Counted from the stretch's first letter, positions 45,291 to 55,710 are shown. The stretch is DNA of 59,060 nt from an uncultured Planctomycetaceae bacterium (GCA_964633175.1 CAZWFP010000003.1:1-59060), one strand, 5' to 3'. Notes: a model not told the origin generated them from the letters alone. A program made the numbers and translations.

Positions 45291-47228
45291 TTAATTAATC
45301 GCATGTTTATTTTTTATAAAATTTAACAATCCACCATTTAAATAGACGTCTATTTGTCTTTCTGTTAAAGACGTCTTTACTATAAATGTAATGTTTTGTG
45401 TGGTGTTTTTTACCTCGAATTCTAATTTTCTGTCTTTTAAATTATCGACGATGTTATGAATTTCTAACTGGTCATTCTGTAGTATCTTGTTGTAGTCATC
45501 TGCGTTAATGAATTGAAGTGGTAATATGGCAAAGTTTATTAGATTAGTAAAATGTATTCTTGCAAAACTTTTAGCTATAACAAATCTTATACCTAAATAA
45601 TATGGCGCGATAGCGGCATGTTCTCTGCTGGAACCCTGTCCATAGTTTTCTCCACCTACAATAATGCCACCTCCTTTCTCTTTTGCTCTTTTAGCAAAGA
45701 TTGGATCAATCCTGTTGAATACAAATTCAGCAATAGCGGGTATATTGGATCGCAATGGTAGAATTTTAGCACCAGCGGGTAAGATATGATCTGTAGAAAT
45801 GTTATCTCCTACTTTTATCAATACTGTACCCTTGTAATTATTATCTGGTTTTGTGAATGCCGGTAACGGTTTTATGTTAGGTCCTCTTTTTATTTCCACA
45901 CTGCCATGATTTGCATTGGGTTTTAATATTAGTGAATCATCAATTATGAAATGTTTAGGTAAAGAAACTTTAAAATCAGGACAGAAATTTCTCGGGTCAG
46001 TAATTTCTCCTTTTATGGCACTGACGGTGCAAACCTCGGCGCTTGCTAAATAAACTTTTGCATCTATTGTTCCTGCTCTTCCTTCGAAATTTCTGTTGAA
46101 TGACCGCAGCGAGACAGCATTAGAAGGGGGTGCCTGCCCCATCCCTATGCATGGTCCACATCCTGCTTCTAAAAGACGCGCACCTGCTCGTATGATTTCT
46201 GTTAAACTACCATCCTGTGCTAACATTGCTAATACTTGTGATGAACCAGCTGAAACAGTAAAGCTTACGTCAGGATGTATTCTATGTCCCCTTAAAATTC
46301 TCGCTACCTTTGTTAAGTCCATATAGGATGAATTTGTGCAGCTACCTATGTTAACCTGGCTTAGTTTTATTCCTTCAACTTCCTTGACTTTTTTTACATT
46401 ATCAGGACTATGAGGACATGCAATAAGTGGTTCTAACTGAGATAAATCTATTATTATTTCTTCATCATACTTAGCATCTGGGTCAGGTTTTAATTCATAC
46501 CAGCAATCCCCTCTTTCTTGTGCCTCTAAATATTCTTTTGTAACTTCATCAGATGGAAATACGGAGGTTAATGCTCCTAATTCAGCACCCATGTTTGTTA
46601 TCGATGACCTTCCCGGAACTGATAAGTACTTGATGCCTTCTCCTGTATATTCAAATATCTTACCTATACCTCCTTTAACGGTTAACCGTCTTAACATTTC
46701 TAATATAATGTCTTTTGCAGTTACCCATGGAGCAGGTTTATTTTTCAATACAACATTCACTATTTTTGGCATTGTAAAGTAAAACGGTTCTCCAGCCATC
46801 GCACAAGCAACTTCTAATCCACCAGCTCCTATGGCTAACATACCTAAGCCCCCACACGTAGGAGTATGACTATCTGAACCTAAAAGTGTTTTACCTACAT
46901 GTGAAAATCTTTCTAAATGAACCTGATGACATATACCATTCCCTGCTTTTGAATAATATATACCATATTTTTGCGCCACTGTTTGTAAATATAAATGGTC
47001 ATCTGCATTTTCAAACCCTGTTTGTAATAAATTGTGATCTACGTAACTTACAGATAACTCAGTTCTTATTCTTTTTGCTCCCATAGCTTCAAATTCTAAA
47101 TAAGCAACGGTTCCAGTCGCATCTTGTGTTAGAGTTTGATCAATTCTGATTCCAACCTCTTCTCCAACTACAGGTTTACCGCTTATCAGATGATTTTCTA
47201 TTATTTTTTGTGCAACCGTAAGTCCCAT
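45291..47228 (-). CDS. aconitate hydratase (short, about 645 aa Aquifex/archaeal-type aconitase family)
   Basis: Fe-S ligand contexts GSDSHT, GSCTNSS and GCGPCIGMG. The swivel domain has GENYGQGSSREHAA. Confidence 0.8.
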   Translation of the reverse strand: MGLTVAQKIIENHLISGKPVVGEEVGIRIDQTLTQDATGTVAYLEFEAMGAKRIRTELSVSYVDHNLLQTGFENADDHLYLQTVAQKYGIYYSKAGNGICHQVHLERFSHVGKTLLGSDSHTPTCGGLGMLAIGAGGLEVACAMAGEPFYFTMPKIVNVVLKNKPAPWVTAKDIILEMLRRLTVKGGIGKIFEYTGEGIKYLSVPGRSSITNMGAELGALTSVFPSDEVTKEYLEAQERGDCWYELKPDPDAKYDEEIIIDLSQLEPLIACPHSPDNVKKVKEVEGIKLSQVNIGSCTNSSYMDLTKVARILRGHRIHPDVSFTVSAGSSQVLAMLAQDGSLTEIIRAGARLLEAGCGPCIGMGQAPPSNAVSLRSFNRNFEGRAGTIDAKVYLASAEVCTVSAIKGEITDPRNFCPDFKVSLPKHFIIDDSLILKPNANHGSVEIKRGPNIKPLPAFTKPDNNYKGTVLIKVGDNISTDHILPAGAKILPLRSNIPAIAEFVFNRIDPIFAKRAKEKGGGIIVGGENYGQGSSREHAAIAPYYLGIRFVIAKSFARIHFTNLINFAILPLQFINADDYNKILQNDQLEIHNIVDNLKDRKLEFEVKNTTQNITFIVKTSLTERQIDVYLNGGLLNFIKNKHAIN

Positions 47229-47348
47229 ATCAATTTATGTTACTAGTTTTATTATTTTAATAATTGATACTCTATATACCCGTTCCATTTAATCATTTCT
47301 AATTATAAAAACATAAAATAGAAAGTAAATTTATTGTATCAATTCATA

Positions 47349-47401
47349 GAAATTACCACAGTTCCAGATTTCCCTTTTGAAAAGTGGTATTTGCAAATAC
47401 C
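47349..47401 (-). repeat. repeat family F (inverted copy)
   Basis: agaaattaccacagttccagatttcccttttgaaaagt followed by GGTATTTGCAAATACC (47386-47401). Confidence 0.8.
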
Positions 47402-47463
47402 CCGTCAGTTCTAAAAAGGACTTATATGATAAAATAAGAATATTTATATACGATAATAGAGAT

Positions 47464-48552
47464 ATGGAAAAAGTAGTTATACTATTGACTATATCTATAC
47501 TTTTGTTTATTAGTGGGTTTATTATGGCAATATATATATCTTATAAAAGGGTGGAGAGATTAGAAAAAGAACGCTCATTCCTTGTTAATAAATTGAAAGA
47601 TATGATGATTGAGTTTGATTTTGTTTTATGCTTTAAAGAGTTGGTGGGGATAATAAATAGCGAAATTGAACTTAATAACGTTATATCAAATATTTCAAAA
47701 ATAATCCATAATGCTTTAAATCTACATGCGAATGAGCACGTCATATTTTATTCTATTATTGATGATACAAAGGTACCACAATTCTTGTATGCCTATCCTG
47801 ATATTACGATATCTCAAATTGATGGTATATTTTTTAACGGGATAACATCTAAAACAAAACTGTTAAAGGATGACAATATATTTTTATTATTTCCTATTTA
47901 TGTTGAAAGTAAATTAACTAATTTTCTTGTATTAAGATTGAATTCTGTCGTGGACAATCTTGATGTTCGTTTGAGTAATTTAGAGTCAAAAGTAGAAGAA
48001 CTGATTCGTTTTATTTCGTTAGGATTTAAAGCACCAACGTTTTATGAACGGGCTACGAGGGATTTTTTGACAGGTTTGTATAATAAAAAACAATTTGAAA
48101 CTGACTTAAAAATGTTTACGGCGCTGTCCCACCGTGAGAATATACCGGTATGTCTTATCGTAATGGATATAGATAACTTTAAAAATATCAATGACAGTTT
48201 TGGTCACCAGGTTGGAGATAAGGTAATTGCAGAAATTGGCAGGATTATTAAGGGTAGTGTAAGGAGTTATAATATGTCATACAGGATAGGGGGCGAGGAA
48301 TTTGCCATAATACTGCATAATTGTAAGGAGGAGAGGGCTGTGCAGATTGCTGAAAGGATACGCAAAAAAGTAGAAGGGCTAAATGTATGTCTGGATAATG
48401 GTAAAAAACTTAAGATTACCATAAGTTTGGGCGTAAGTGAGTCGCAAGGAGTGGATAGTAGCGTTGACTTTTTTAAAAAAACTGATATGGCATTATATCA
48501 TGCTAAAAAGACTGGCAAAAATAAGTTGGTATCGGCAGGGTCGATTGCCTAA
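47464..48552 (+). CDS. diguanylate cyclase (TM + sensor region + GGDEF)
   Basis: RDFLTGLYNKKQF...DIDNFKNINDSFGH..GD...RIGGEEFAI. ATG 47464 is preferred over the track TTG at 47377, which would read through a repeat element. Confidence 0.8.
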   Translation: MEKVVILLTISILLFISGFIMAIYISYKRVERLEKERSFLVNKLKDMMIEFDFVLCFKELVGIINSEIELNNVISNISKIIHNALNLHANEHVIFYSIIDDTKVPQFLYAYPDITISQIDGIFFNGITSKTKLLKDDNIFLLFPIYVESKLTNFLVLRLNSVVDNLDVRLSNLESKVEELIRFISLGFKAPTFYERATRDFLTGLYNKKQFETDLKMFTALSHRENIPVCLIVMDIDNFKNINDSFGHQVGDKVIAEIGRIIKGSVRSYNMSYRIGGEEFAIILHNCKEERAVQIAERIRKKVEGLNVCLDNGKKLKITISLGVSESQGVDSSVDFFKKTDMALYHAKKTGKNKLVSAGSIA

Positions 48553-48554
48553 TC

Positions 48555-49949
48555 CTATTTGTTAGTTAAATATTCTAATAATTTGCAAATGATTTCTACG
48601 TTCAGGTAGTTTACGTGTAAATAAATTGTTCCATCTTTAATTTTGAAAATAATTTTGTTCTCAAAATTTTTTATAGTATTTATTAAATAGTTTGTATTAG
48701 TTGAGTTGGTTTGTAGTCGTAAAAAAAATGCTTTTTTCTTGTATGATGGTGAGGCGCCACCACCTATTTTTACGCTCTTTTTTACCCACTCACATTCGAT
48801 TGATTTAGGCAATTTTTCTATATATGGTTCGATTTTTTTTACGTATCTTTCATTGTCTTCGCTTATTAATTTAAAGTGAGGTATCATTTGAATAACTTTA
48901 TCTTCTCGTAGGAAATATAGTGATAAGATTTTCTCTAATAAAAGAAGTGAAATTTTATCTAATCGAAACGTTCTGTATAATGGATGCTTTCTTATTTTTT
49001 CCAATAAGTTCTTTTTGCCAACTATGATTCCTGCCTGAGGGCCACCTAATAATTTATCGCAACTAAACAATACTATGTCTGCTCCATCAGTTATTGTCTG
49101 TTGAACTGTTGGTTCTTTTATGTCTATAGAGTGTAATTTATATAAGTAGCCAGACCCTATGTCGTATACAAGAGGAATTTTGTATTTGCGGGTCAATGTA
49201 GAAAGTTGCTTTATCTCTACGTTATGAGTAAATCCTTTCTGGTAAAAATTGCAATGGTGTGTCTTGAATATTAAGGCCGTCTGATCCGTTATTGCCTGTT
49301 CGTAGTCGGATAAATACGTTCTATTGGTTGTTCCTACTTCTACTAATTTTGCCCCACTTTCTTTCATTATTGACGGCAATCTGAATCCTTCTCCTATTTC
49401 TATCAGTTCATTTTTGGCTACTATAATTTCTTTATTTTCTGCTAGCGTTTTTAATAGGAGGAAGACGCCCGCGGCGTTATTGTTCAGAAATACTGCAAAT
49501 TCTGTATTGGTAAGTAATGTTATTTTCTCTAAAACGAATCTTTCTCTCTTCACTCGTTTGTGGGTTTCTTCGTCTATTTCTAAATTTAGGTATGATTCAC
49601 ATATTTCATCAATGATGTTTTCAATTTCATTTGAAATAGGCGCTCTTCCTAAATTAGTATGTAAGACGGTACCAGTGCTATTATATACTCTTGCTAGTTT
49701 TACTCTTGTAACATTCTCCCAATAGGTATAAAAGTTTTGAGCAATTTCATTTATTGCGTCATTTTTGTTTTTTGAATTGAGTGTATACGCCCCCTCCCTG
49801 TATAGATTTACAAATCTTCGTAGTTGGTTATGTAAGAAGTATGCATTATAAGTATGTTCTAACTGTTTAATTAAATTGTGATGTAGTAACTTATCTAATT
49901 GTGGAATATACTGGCATTGCGACTTTTTATCGTTAGTGCATGTACTCAT
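48555..49949 (-). CDS. selA: L-seryl-tRNA(Sec) selenium transferase
   Basis: FSCDKLLGGPQAGIIVGKK (PLP-Lys context), VNNNAAGVFL-like block and GTTNRT. Confidence 0.8.
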   Translation of the reverse strand: MSTCTNDKKSQCQYIPQLDKLLHHNLIKQLEHTYNAYFLHNQLRRFVNLYREGAYTLNSKNKNDAINEIAQNFYTYWENVTRVKLARVYNSTGTVLHTNLGRAPISNEIENIIDEICESYLNLEIDEETHKRVKRERFVLEKITLLTNTEFAVFLNNNAAGVFLLLKTLAENKEIIVAKNELIEIGEGFRLPSIMKESGAKLVEVGTTNRTYLSDYEQAITDQTALIFKTHHCNFYQKGFTHNVEIKQLSTLTRKYKIPLVYDIGSGYLYKLHSIDIKEPTVQQTITDGADIVLFSCDKLLGGPQAGIIVGKKNLLEKIRKHPLYRTFRLDKISLLLLEKILSLYFLREDKVIQMIPHFKLISEDNERYVKKIEPYIEKLPKSIECEWVKKSVKIGGGASPSYKKKAFFLRLQTNSTNTNYLINTIKNFENKIIFKIKDGTIYLHVNYLNVEIICKLLEYLTNK

Positions 49950-50108
49950 AATATATTGGATTTTGTATTATAGTAGTTATAAGTTTTTGGCTATTTGTCA
50001 TTGCTGGCTCGTAAGGTGTGGCAACCCCCTCTTTCCCACTTTTAACACTTGACTTTTGACCTTTAAGTTAGGGTAGGGTATGTGAATAACCCTACCCGGA
50101 ATATATGA

Positions 50109-50606
50109 TTATTGTGGGTTATCTGACGTAAATCTTTTAGGTTTGTCTATCTGGGTTTCTATATTTTTATACGTTTGTTCTAGTGTATTAGTAGTAGCGG
50201 TGCTTTCTTCCTTTTTTCTTTGCGCCTGGAATTCTTCAAAAGCCTTTTTATATTCTTCTACTATTGCTGTCTGTATTTTTTCTCTGAGTTCAGTTCTTAT
50301 AGGATGCGCAATGTCTTGATGAATCCTGCTTTTACCGGTTTGAGGGTCTATTGGTATTCGTTCTTCCGGTAATCGCGACCCACATAAATTGCAATAATTT
50401 GAACGGATGGGATTTTTCCTGTTACACCTTCTACATTTAGTAGACAATACTTGCGAAGGCATAGCCAGAAAATACCCTTTTGGACCTTCTAAAAGCCTTA
50501 TGTTTCTAACAACAAAAGAGTTATCAAAAGTTACTGTTGCAACACATAATACCCTTCCTCTTCTTAATGGCTGTATCAACTTTACAGACGTGTCCGTTAT
50601 CTCCAT
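50109..50606 (-). CDS. spoVG: SpoVG family protein with internal Cys4 zinc-ribbon insertion
   Basis: MEITDTSVKLI...VATVTFDNSFVVRNIRLLEGPKGYFLAMPS ... DIAHPI. The insert is CRRCNRKNPIRSNYCNLCGS. Confidence 0.8.
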   Translation of the reverse strand: MEITDTSVKLIQPLRRGRVLCVATVTFDNSFVVRNIRLLEGPKGYFLAMPSQVLSTKCRRCNRKNPIRSNYCNLCGSRLPEERIPIDPQTGKSRIHQDIAHPIRTELREKIQTAIVEEYKKAFEEFQAQRKKEESTATTNTLEQTYKNIETQIDKPKRFTSDNPQ

Positions 50607-50621
50607 TTTTATTCTCCTTCC

Positions 50622-51620
50622 TTAGTAAAATATGTTTTCCCAGGTTTTTGTAAACCTTGCACATGCCCCTGAAATTTCTGTTGTAGATTTTCTACATATA
50701 TCCTGCCATACTTTCACCACCTCCTTGTAGTTTTTTAATAATACATATATTGTGCTACCACTTCCACTTATGTTACAATATTCACTATATCCCATATTTT
50801 TTATTATATCTAATATAATTTTTATTTTTTGATATTTGGTACATAGAATATCTTTAAAATCATTGTATAAAAAGATGTTTGTTTTTGTTTGCCTATTGAA
50901 CTTTTGAGAATCGAATTCTTCATACATTTTTTTGGTTTTTTTGTTTATGAATGGATAAATTATGAGAACAAGCATGTTTGAGTTAAAGCGTTTATAGGGA
51001 AATAATAAATTATTGTTCGTAATATATTGATTTGGGTCAATAGGAATGATTTTATCAGGTTTACCTATACCTAATGCAGTGCCGCCATGTAGAAAAAATT
51101 GTGTATCTGTTCCGAATTCTAATAGTTCTTTTTGAGCCGTTTCAACATTAACGGGGATAGAAAACAACTTATGGAATCCTAAATAAGTAAATACGGCATC
51201 AGAACTTTCTCCTCCCAACCCACTACCTATGGGAATTCCCTTATGTATATATATACCTATCCCTCCTTTTATTCTATATTTATTAATTAAATAGGTTGCG
51301 ACTCTAAAAGCAACATTCTTTGCATTAATGATTTTTTGGACATTACAAATGAGTGCATATTCACGTTTTTTTAATTTAAAGAGTATTATATAGTCATATA
51401 AAGTAATGGAGGAGTAGACGGTTTCAATATGGTGGTATCCGTCTTTGTATTTATTATTTATTCTTAGAAATAAGTTTATTTTAGCCGGTGCTTTTATATG
51501 GATTGAGTTTCCTTTTTTCTCTATTGTGGGAACGTTAAAAGAAGAAAAGTCGCTAAAGCTGCGATTATTTAGAAACCATGATGTTATCAATAAGTCGCGC
51601 ATTTCTGGTATGTAAAGCAA
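50622..51620 (-). CDS. ispE: 4-diphosphocytidyl-2-C-methyl-D-erythritol kinase
   Basis: APAKINLFLRI and PIGSGLGGESSDA (GHMP). The start is uncertain, and the track start overlaps panC by 56 nt. Confidence 0.8.
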   Translation of the reverse strand: MLYIPEMRDLLITSWFLNNRSFSDFSSFNVPTIEKKGNSIHIKAPAKINLFLRINNKYKDGYHHIETVYSSITLYDYIILFKLKKREYALICNVQKIINAKNVAFRVATYLINKYRIKGGIGIYIHKGIPIGSGLGGESSDAVFTYLGFHKLFSIPVNVETAQKELLEFGTDTQFFLHGGTALGIGKPDKIIPIDPNQYITNNNLLFPYKRFNSNMLVLIIYPFINKKTKKMYEEFDSQKFNRQTKTNIFLYNDFKDILCTKYQKIKIILDIIKNMGYSEYCNISGSGSTIYVLLKNYKEVVKVWQDICRKSTTEISGACARFTKTWENIFY

Positions 51621-52458
51621 TCACTATTATACAATTTTTGTGTACTTTTTCTAAACTTTGTAGATTATCAGGGTCAATGATTTCTATATAATCAATTTTT
51701 CTTAAACTAGTTATAAATCTTGTTAGTTGTTCTCTTATAAATTTTTTTATATATTTTGTTGAGGTAAGTTTTCTTTTCAAGATTCTTTCTTTTGCTTCTA
51801 ATAATGTTTTATAAATATAAGGTGCCTCTTTTCTTTCCTTTCTAGTGAGATATTTATTTCTTGAGCTCATAGCAAGTCCGTCGTTTTCTCTTATAGTTGG
51901 CATTATTTTAATTTGGATGTCAAAGTTTAAGTCCGCAACCATTTTTTCAATAATCTTTGCCTGTTGATAATCTTTAGCTCCAAAATATGCAATATCTGGT
52001 TTTACTATATTAAATAATTTAGTAACTACAGTCATCACGCCTCTGAAATGATTTTTCCTGAATCTACCGCATAAAACCTTTGACAATTTTAATTGATCTA
52101 CATACGTCTCTATATAGTAATCATTTACGCTTACACTCTGTTCTTTGGTTTGGGGATACATTTCACTATCAGAAGGTAAAAATAGCAGGTCAGCACCTAC
52201 TTGTTTGCATAGTTTTATGTCATTCTTCAAATTTCTTGGATATTGTTTAAAGTCCTCATTAGGTCCGAATTGAATAGGATTAACATATATTGATACTACT
52301 GTAAAATCAGTGTCTATTTTAGATTGATTTATAAGCGACAAGTGTCCTTTATGAAGTGCTCCCATCGTTGGTACAAAGCCGATAGTTTTATTTTTTCTTT
52401 TTATATATTTAATGATATCTCTTGTCTCTTTGATTGTTCTGCAAATTTGTAAATCCAT
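51565..52458 (-). CDS. panC: pantoate--beta-alanine ligase
   Basis: GFVPTMGALHKGHLSL...FGAKDYQQ. Confidence 0.9.
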   Translation of the reverse strand: MDLQICRTIKETRDIIKYIKRKNKTIGFVPTMGALHKGHLSLINQSKIDTDFTVVSIYVNPIQFGPNEDFKQYPRNLKNDIKLCKQVGADLLFLPSDSEMYPQTKEQSVSVNDYYIETYVDQLKLSKVLCGRFRKNHFRGVMTVVTKLFNIVKPDIAYFGAKDYQQAKIIEKMVADLNFDIQIKIMPTIRENDGLAMSSRNKYLTRKERKEAPYIYKTLLEAKERILKRKLTSTKYIKKFIREQLTRFITSLRKIDYIEIIDPDNLQSLEKVHKNCIIVIALHTRNARLIDNIMVSK

Positions 52459-52563
52459 ACTTATTAATTTTTAATTATACAGAAAAAGTAAGTACTTGCA
52501 AGTTTCATCCTTATCTTTTTTCCCCAGCAAGCAAAAGGAGTTTGTATCTATTGAAAACCATTT

Positions 52564-53025
52564 CTATTTCAGTGTAACTCGTAGTTCGTCTAATAATTCT
52601 TTACATGTTTTTTTTAGAATAGGGTGATAAAGGCACGGAGCTATCTGGCACAATGGTTCTAATACAAAGATTCTTTTATGAATTTCCTTGTGAGGGATAG
52701 TAAGTTTTAAACCTGACATAACAATGTTGTTATAAAATAATATGTCTATATCGATAGTTCTACTTCCCCATTTTTCAAACTTTTCTCTCTCAAGTTTCCT
52801 TTCGAGTTTTGTTATTTTTTCTAAAATACTATCAGGCGAATAAATCGTTAATATTTCTATAACTAGATTTAGATATTTTCTTTTAGATGGACCTATCGGT
52901 TCTGTTTCTATTATTTTTGAAATATTATTCAATCCAAAATGTTGAGAAATCTTTTTTATAGTTTTTTGTATATATTGTAATCTGTTGCCTCTATTACTGC
53001 CTAAACCTAAAAAGACCCTGTTCAT
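52564..53025 (-). CDS. folK: 2-amino-4-hydroxy-6-hydroxymethyldihydropteridine diphosphokinase
   Basis: LGLGSN.GNR, EPIGP, RTIDIDIL and LTIPH. Confidence 0.85.
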   Translation of the reverse strand: MNRVFLGLGSNRGNRLQYIQKTIKKISQHFGLNNISKIIETEPIGPSKRKYLNLVIEILTIYSPDSILEKITKLERKLEREKFEKWGSRTIDIDILFYNNIVMSGLKLTIPHKEIHKRIFVLEPLCQIAPCLYHPILKKTCKELLDELRVTLK

Positions 53026-53113
53026 ATGCTTTTGTTAGTTGCTTTTAGTAACAACTTGCGTCATAAAAGCATCTTTATACCGTTCCCACAAATCAATGTT
53101 GCTAATTGTAGAT

Positions 53114-53150
53114 GAGATTGCCACGCAAATTAAACTTCGCTCGCAATGAC
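53114..53150 (+). repeat. intergenic repeat family C
   Basis: gagattgccacgcaaattaaacttcgctcgcaatgac. Confidence 0.75.
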
Positions 53151-53193
53151 GGATGGGAATAATAATAAGTAAAGATGGTATTAGATAAAGCCG

Positions 53194-54222
53194 TCATTTA
53201 TGTAGTTTGTTGAGAAATTTATCAATTGCTGCTAAAGGATTGTTACTTTTGAAAATGGAGTTGCTAACCGCAATTTTTTTAAATCCGTTTTTCACTATAA
53301 TGTCAATATTTTCTAAATTTATACCGCCAATTAAAACTAAATCTTTTTGAAGTTTTATTTTGCGGAGCGTCTCTAAAATAGGTTCACCATAAAATGGTCT
53401 ACCTGGTTTTGTAAATGATTTAAAAATCGTGCCAAAGGATAGATAATCTATGTCTGGATTATTATCTGCTTTTATTAACTCATTTATATTATGAGTAGTG
53501 TAGCCGATATATTTGTTATGACCTATAATATTTTTTACTATCTTTGGTGGTAAATCATTTTTACCTATATGTATTCCATCAGCATTGGTGATATAACATA
53601 AATCCGCTCTATTATTTATAATAACTTTTACATTATTATTATGCGCATATTTTATAAAGTTTGTCAGATGCTTCCAACATAAAGAATCGGATATAATGTC
53701 ATCTCTGAACTGGACTAAGAATAATTTTTGCTCTAATATTTTTTTATACAAGTCATCAGTAAACCAATCATTATAGTTGCCTATAATATATAAGAATTTA
53801 TCAGGTAATTTTTTCTTCACAAAATTTGATAATAATTCTTTTGCTATGTCGTATGATTCAAATCTTAATTTCATGCAAATATTAGATTTTTTAATGGATG
53901 TGGTTTTATATATTTCTTCCAATACTCTTAATGCTTCTTGGATTCTTTGGGAATTTGCTATTGATACAGCATAAATATCGTTGATTTTATTGGTGTAAAA
54001 ATTTTTACCCGGATCAATATTGCCCGCTCTTGAATTAATCATTTGAACATAGGCGGTAGTATTATCAATAAGGTTGTCCAGTGTATGTCTTAATTTTCTA
54101 TATTTTTTTGTTAAATTTTTATCAATTAAATAAAATCTACTTATGTCTTCTAAGACCCTTATTGCCTCTTTAATTCTGTTGTAATTGGCGTCTATTATTC
54201 TCAGTTTACTTGTGTTAATCAC
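53194..54222 (-). CDS. thiE: thiamine-phosphate synthase with about 135 aa N-terminal extension domain
   Basis: The C-terminal TMP-synthase domain has GIHIGKNDLP, IGYTTHN, DYLSFGTIF.S.TKPG and LIGGIN. The N-terminal LRIIDANYNRIKEAIRVLEDISRF is as in long cyanobacterial-type ThiE. Confidence 0.75.
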   Translation of the reverse strand: MINTSKLRIIDANYNRIKEAIRVLEDISRFYLIDKNLTKKYRKLRHTLDNLIDNTTAYVQMINSRAGNIDPGKNFYTNKINDIYAVSIANSQRIQEALRVLEEIYKTTSIKKSNICMKLRFESYDIAKELLSNFVKKKLPDKFLYIIGNYNDWFTDDLYKKILEQKLFLVQFRDDIISDSLCWKHLTNFIKYAHNNNVKVIINNRADLCYITNADGIHIGKNDLPPKIVKNIIGHNKYIGYTTHNINELIKADNNPDIDYLSFGTIFKSFTKPGRPFYGEPILETLRKIKLQKDLVLIGGINLENIDIIVKNGFKKIAVSNSIFKSNNPLAAIDKFLNKLHK

Positions 54223-54300
54223 TGTTTTTAAGTTTAATGTTTAAAGTTCAAGGTTTAAGGTTTTGATATACTAAAAAGCACTTGATTCTCAAGCTTAATG

Positions 54301-54332
54301 AGATTGCCACGCTCATAGGGTGCGCAATGACT
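54301..54332 (+). repeat. intergenic repeat family C
   Basis: gagattgccacgctcatagggtgcgcaatgac. Confidence 0.75.
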
Positions 54333-54372
54333 GGTAATGAGTGGCTTCAAAACCATTGTTAGTTTAGTATTA

Positions 54373-55671
54373 TTAGCTTCTCTCAACTAATTCTGCTTCG
54401 ATATTATACTCGTCTAATATTTTTTGTAGTATCAATGGATGTGTTTTTATTTTGTAACTTATTGTTTTTGTATTAATATTTTCATCCAATATTTGTGTGT
54501 AGTTGTGTATGAAATTTATTAGTTTGCCTTCTCTTATATCAACGTTAATTTTATAAGTTTTTAGTAAAGAATCAGTTATTAGCTGTAATTGTTGGATTAT
54601 TTTATTAATACCGTCTTGTGTTTTTGCAGAAATAAAGATGGGGTTTTTATATTCATATTTTTTATTTAATGTTATGAGTTGTAATTCATCTTCAACTTTA
54701 TCTACTTTATTGAATATATATACTTTTTCTTTTGCAAGTACGTTTAAATCATTCAACGTTTTTTCAACGCTTATAAGTTGGTCATCGAAGTTTTCTTTTG
54801 ATACATCAAATACAAGTAGCAAAATATCGCTATATATTGCTTCTTTTAAAGTTGTATGAAATGCTCTTAAAAGGTGTTCGGGCATATCTTTAATAAATCC
54901 AACCGTATCTATAAGATATAATTCAAGTTTATTTGGTAGTTTTATTAATGAAACCTTTGTATCTAAGGTAGTGAAAAGTTCAGTGGAGGTACTCTGACGC
55001 AAGTTTGTAAAAGAATTAAAGATAGTGGTTTTGCCCGCATTGGTATATCCTAAAAGTGCACAGGTTAATAGTTTATTTCTGTTATCAATAATTCTTTCTT
55101 TATGTTTAGTAATTTCATTTATTTCTTTGTTTATTTTTTCAATTCTTTTTTTTATGAGCCGTCTGTCTGATTCTAACTGTTTTTCACCGGGACCGCGACC
55201 TGCCATCATTCTTCCTGATATTTGTTCCTGATATATATGTCCCCACATTCTCTTAAGGCGCGGGTATATGTATTTTAAGCGCGCAAGTTCTATCTCAAGT
55301 TTCGCTTCCCTCGTTTGAGCATGGCTTCTGAAAATCTCTAATATAACCTCAGAACGATCTAATATCTTCTTATTTAATGCTTTTTCAAGATTAAATAGTT
55401 GCGATGGTTTTAGATTGTTGTCAAATACTACAACATCTGCATTAGTGCTTTCAATTTCCTTTTTTATTTCGTTAACCTTACCTTCCCCTATAAAATATTT
55501 GTTGTCCGGTATTCCTCTTTTTTGATTTATGTATCCTACAACTTCCGCCTCTAATACTTTAAGTAAACTACATATTTCGCTAAATATATCTTCTCTTTTA
55601 TCGCCTTCTGAGATCACTTTAACTAATATTGCTTTCTTATTTCTTATGTTATAAAAATTCTCGTATAACAC
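54373..55671 (-). CDS. hflX: GTPase HflX
   Basis: HflX N-domain, G1 GYTNAGKTT, DTVGF and NKVD. Confidence 0.85.
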   Translation of the reverse strand: MLYENFYNIRNKKAILVKVISEGDKREDIFSEICSLLKVLEAEVVGYINQKRGIPDNKYFIGEGKVNEIKKEIESTNADVVVFDNNLKPSQLFNLEKALNKKILDRSEVILEIFRSHAQTREAKLEIELARLKYIYPRLKRMWGHIYQEQISGRMMAGRGPGEKQLESDRRLIKKRIEKINKEINEITKHKERIIDNRNKLLTCALLGYTNAGKTTIFNSFTNLRQSTSTELFTTLDTKVSLIKLPNKLELYLIDTVGFIKDMPEHLLRAFHTTLKEAIYSDILLLVFDVSKENFDDQLISVEKTLNDLNVLAKEKVYIFNKVDKVEDELQLITLNKKYEYKNPIFISAKTQDGINKIIQQLQLITDSLLKTYKINVDIREGKLINFIHNYTQILDENINTKTISYKIKTHPLILQKILDEYNIEAELVERS

Positions 55672-55710
55672 TATGTTATGTATAAACTAAGAGAAAAATT
55701 GGTCTTAAAA

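Noticed and set aside
54223-54372. TPP riboswitch upstream of thiE, and likewise a SAM riboswitch upstream of the metF-like gene at 33597-33733.
   Set aside because: I read both leaders on the minus strand. The conserved cores (CTGAGA...ACCTGATCTGGATAATGCCAGCG for TPP; TTATCAAGAGAGGTGGAGGGA for SAM-I) are absent, and the thiE leader is mostly a family C repeat.
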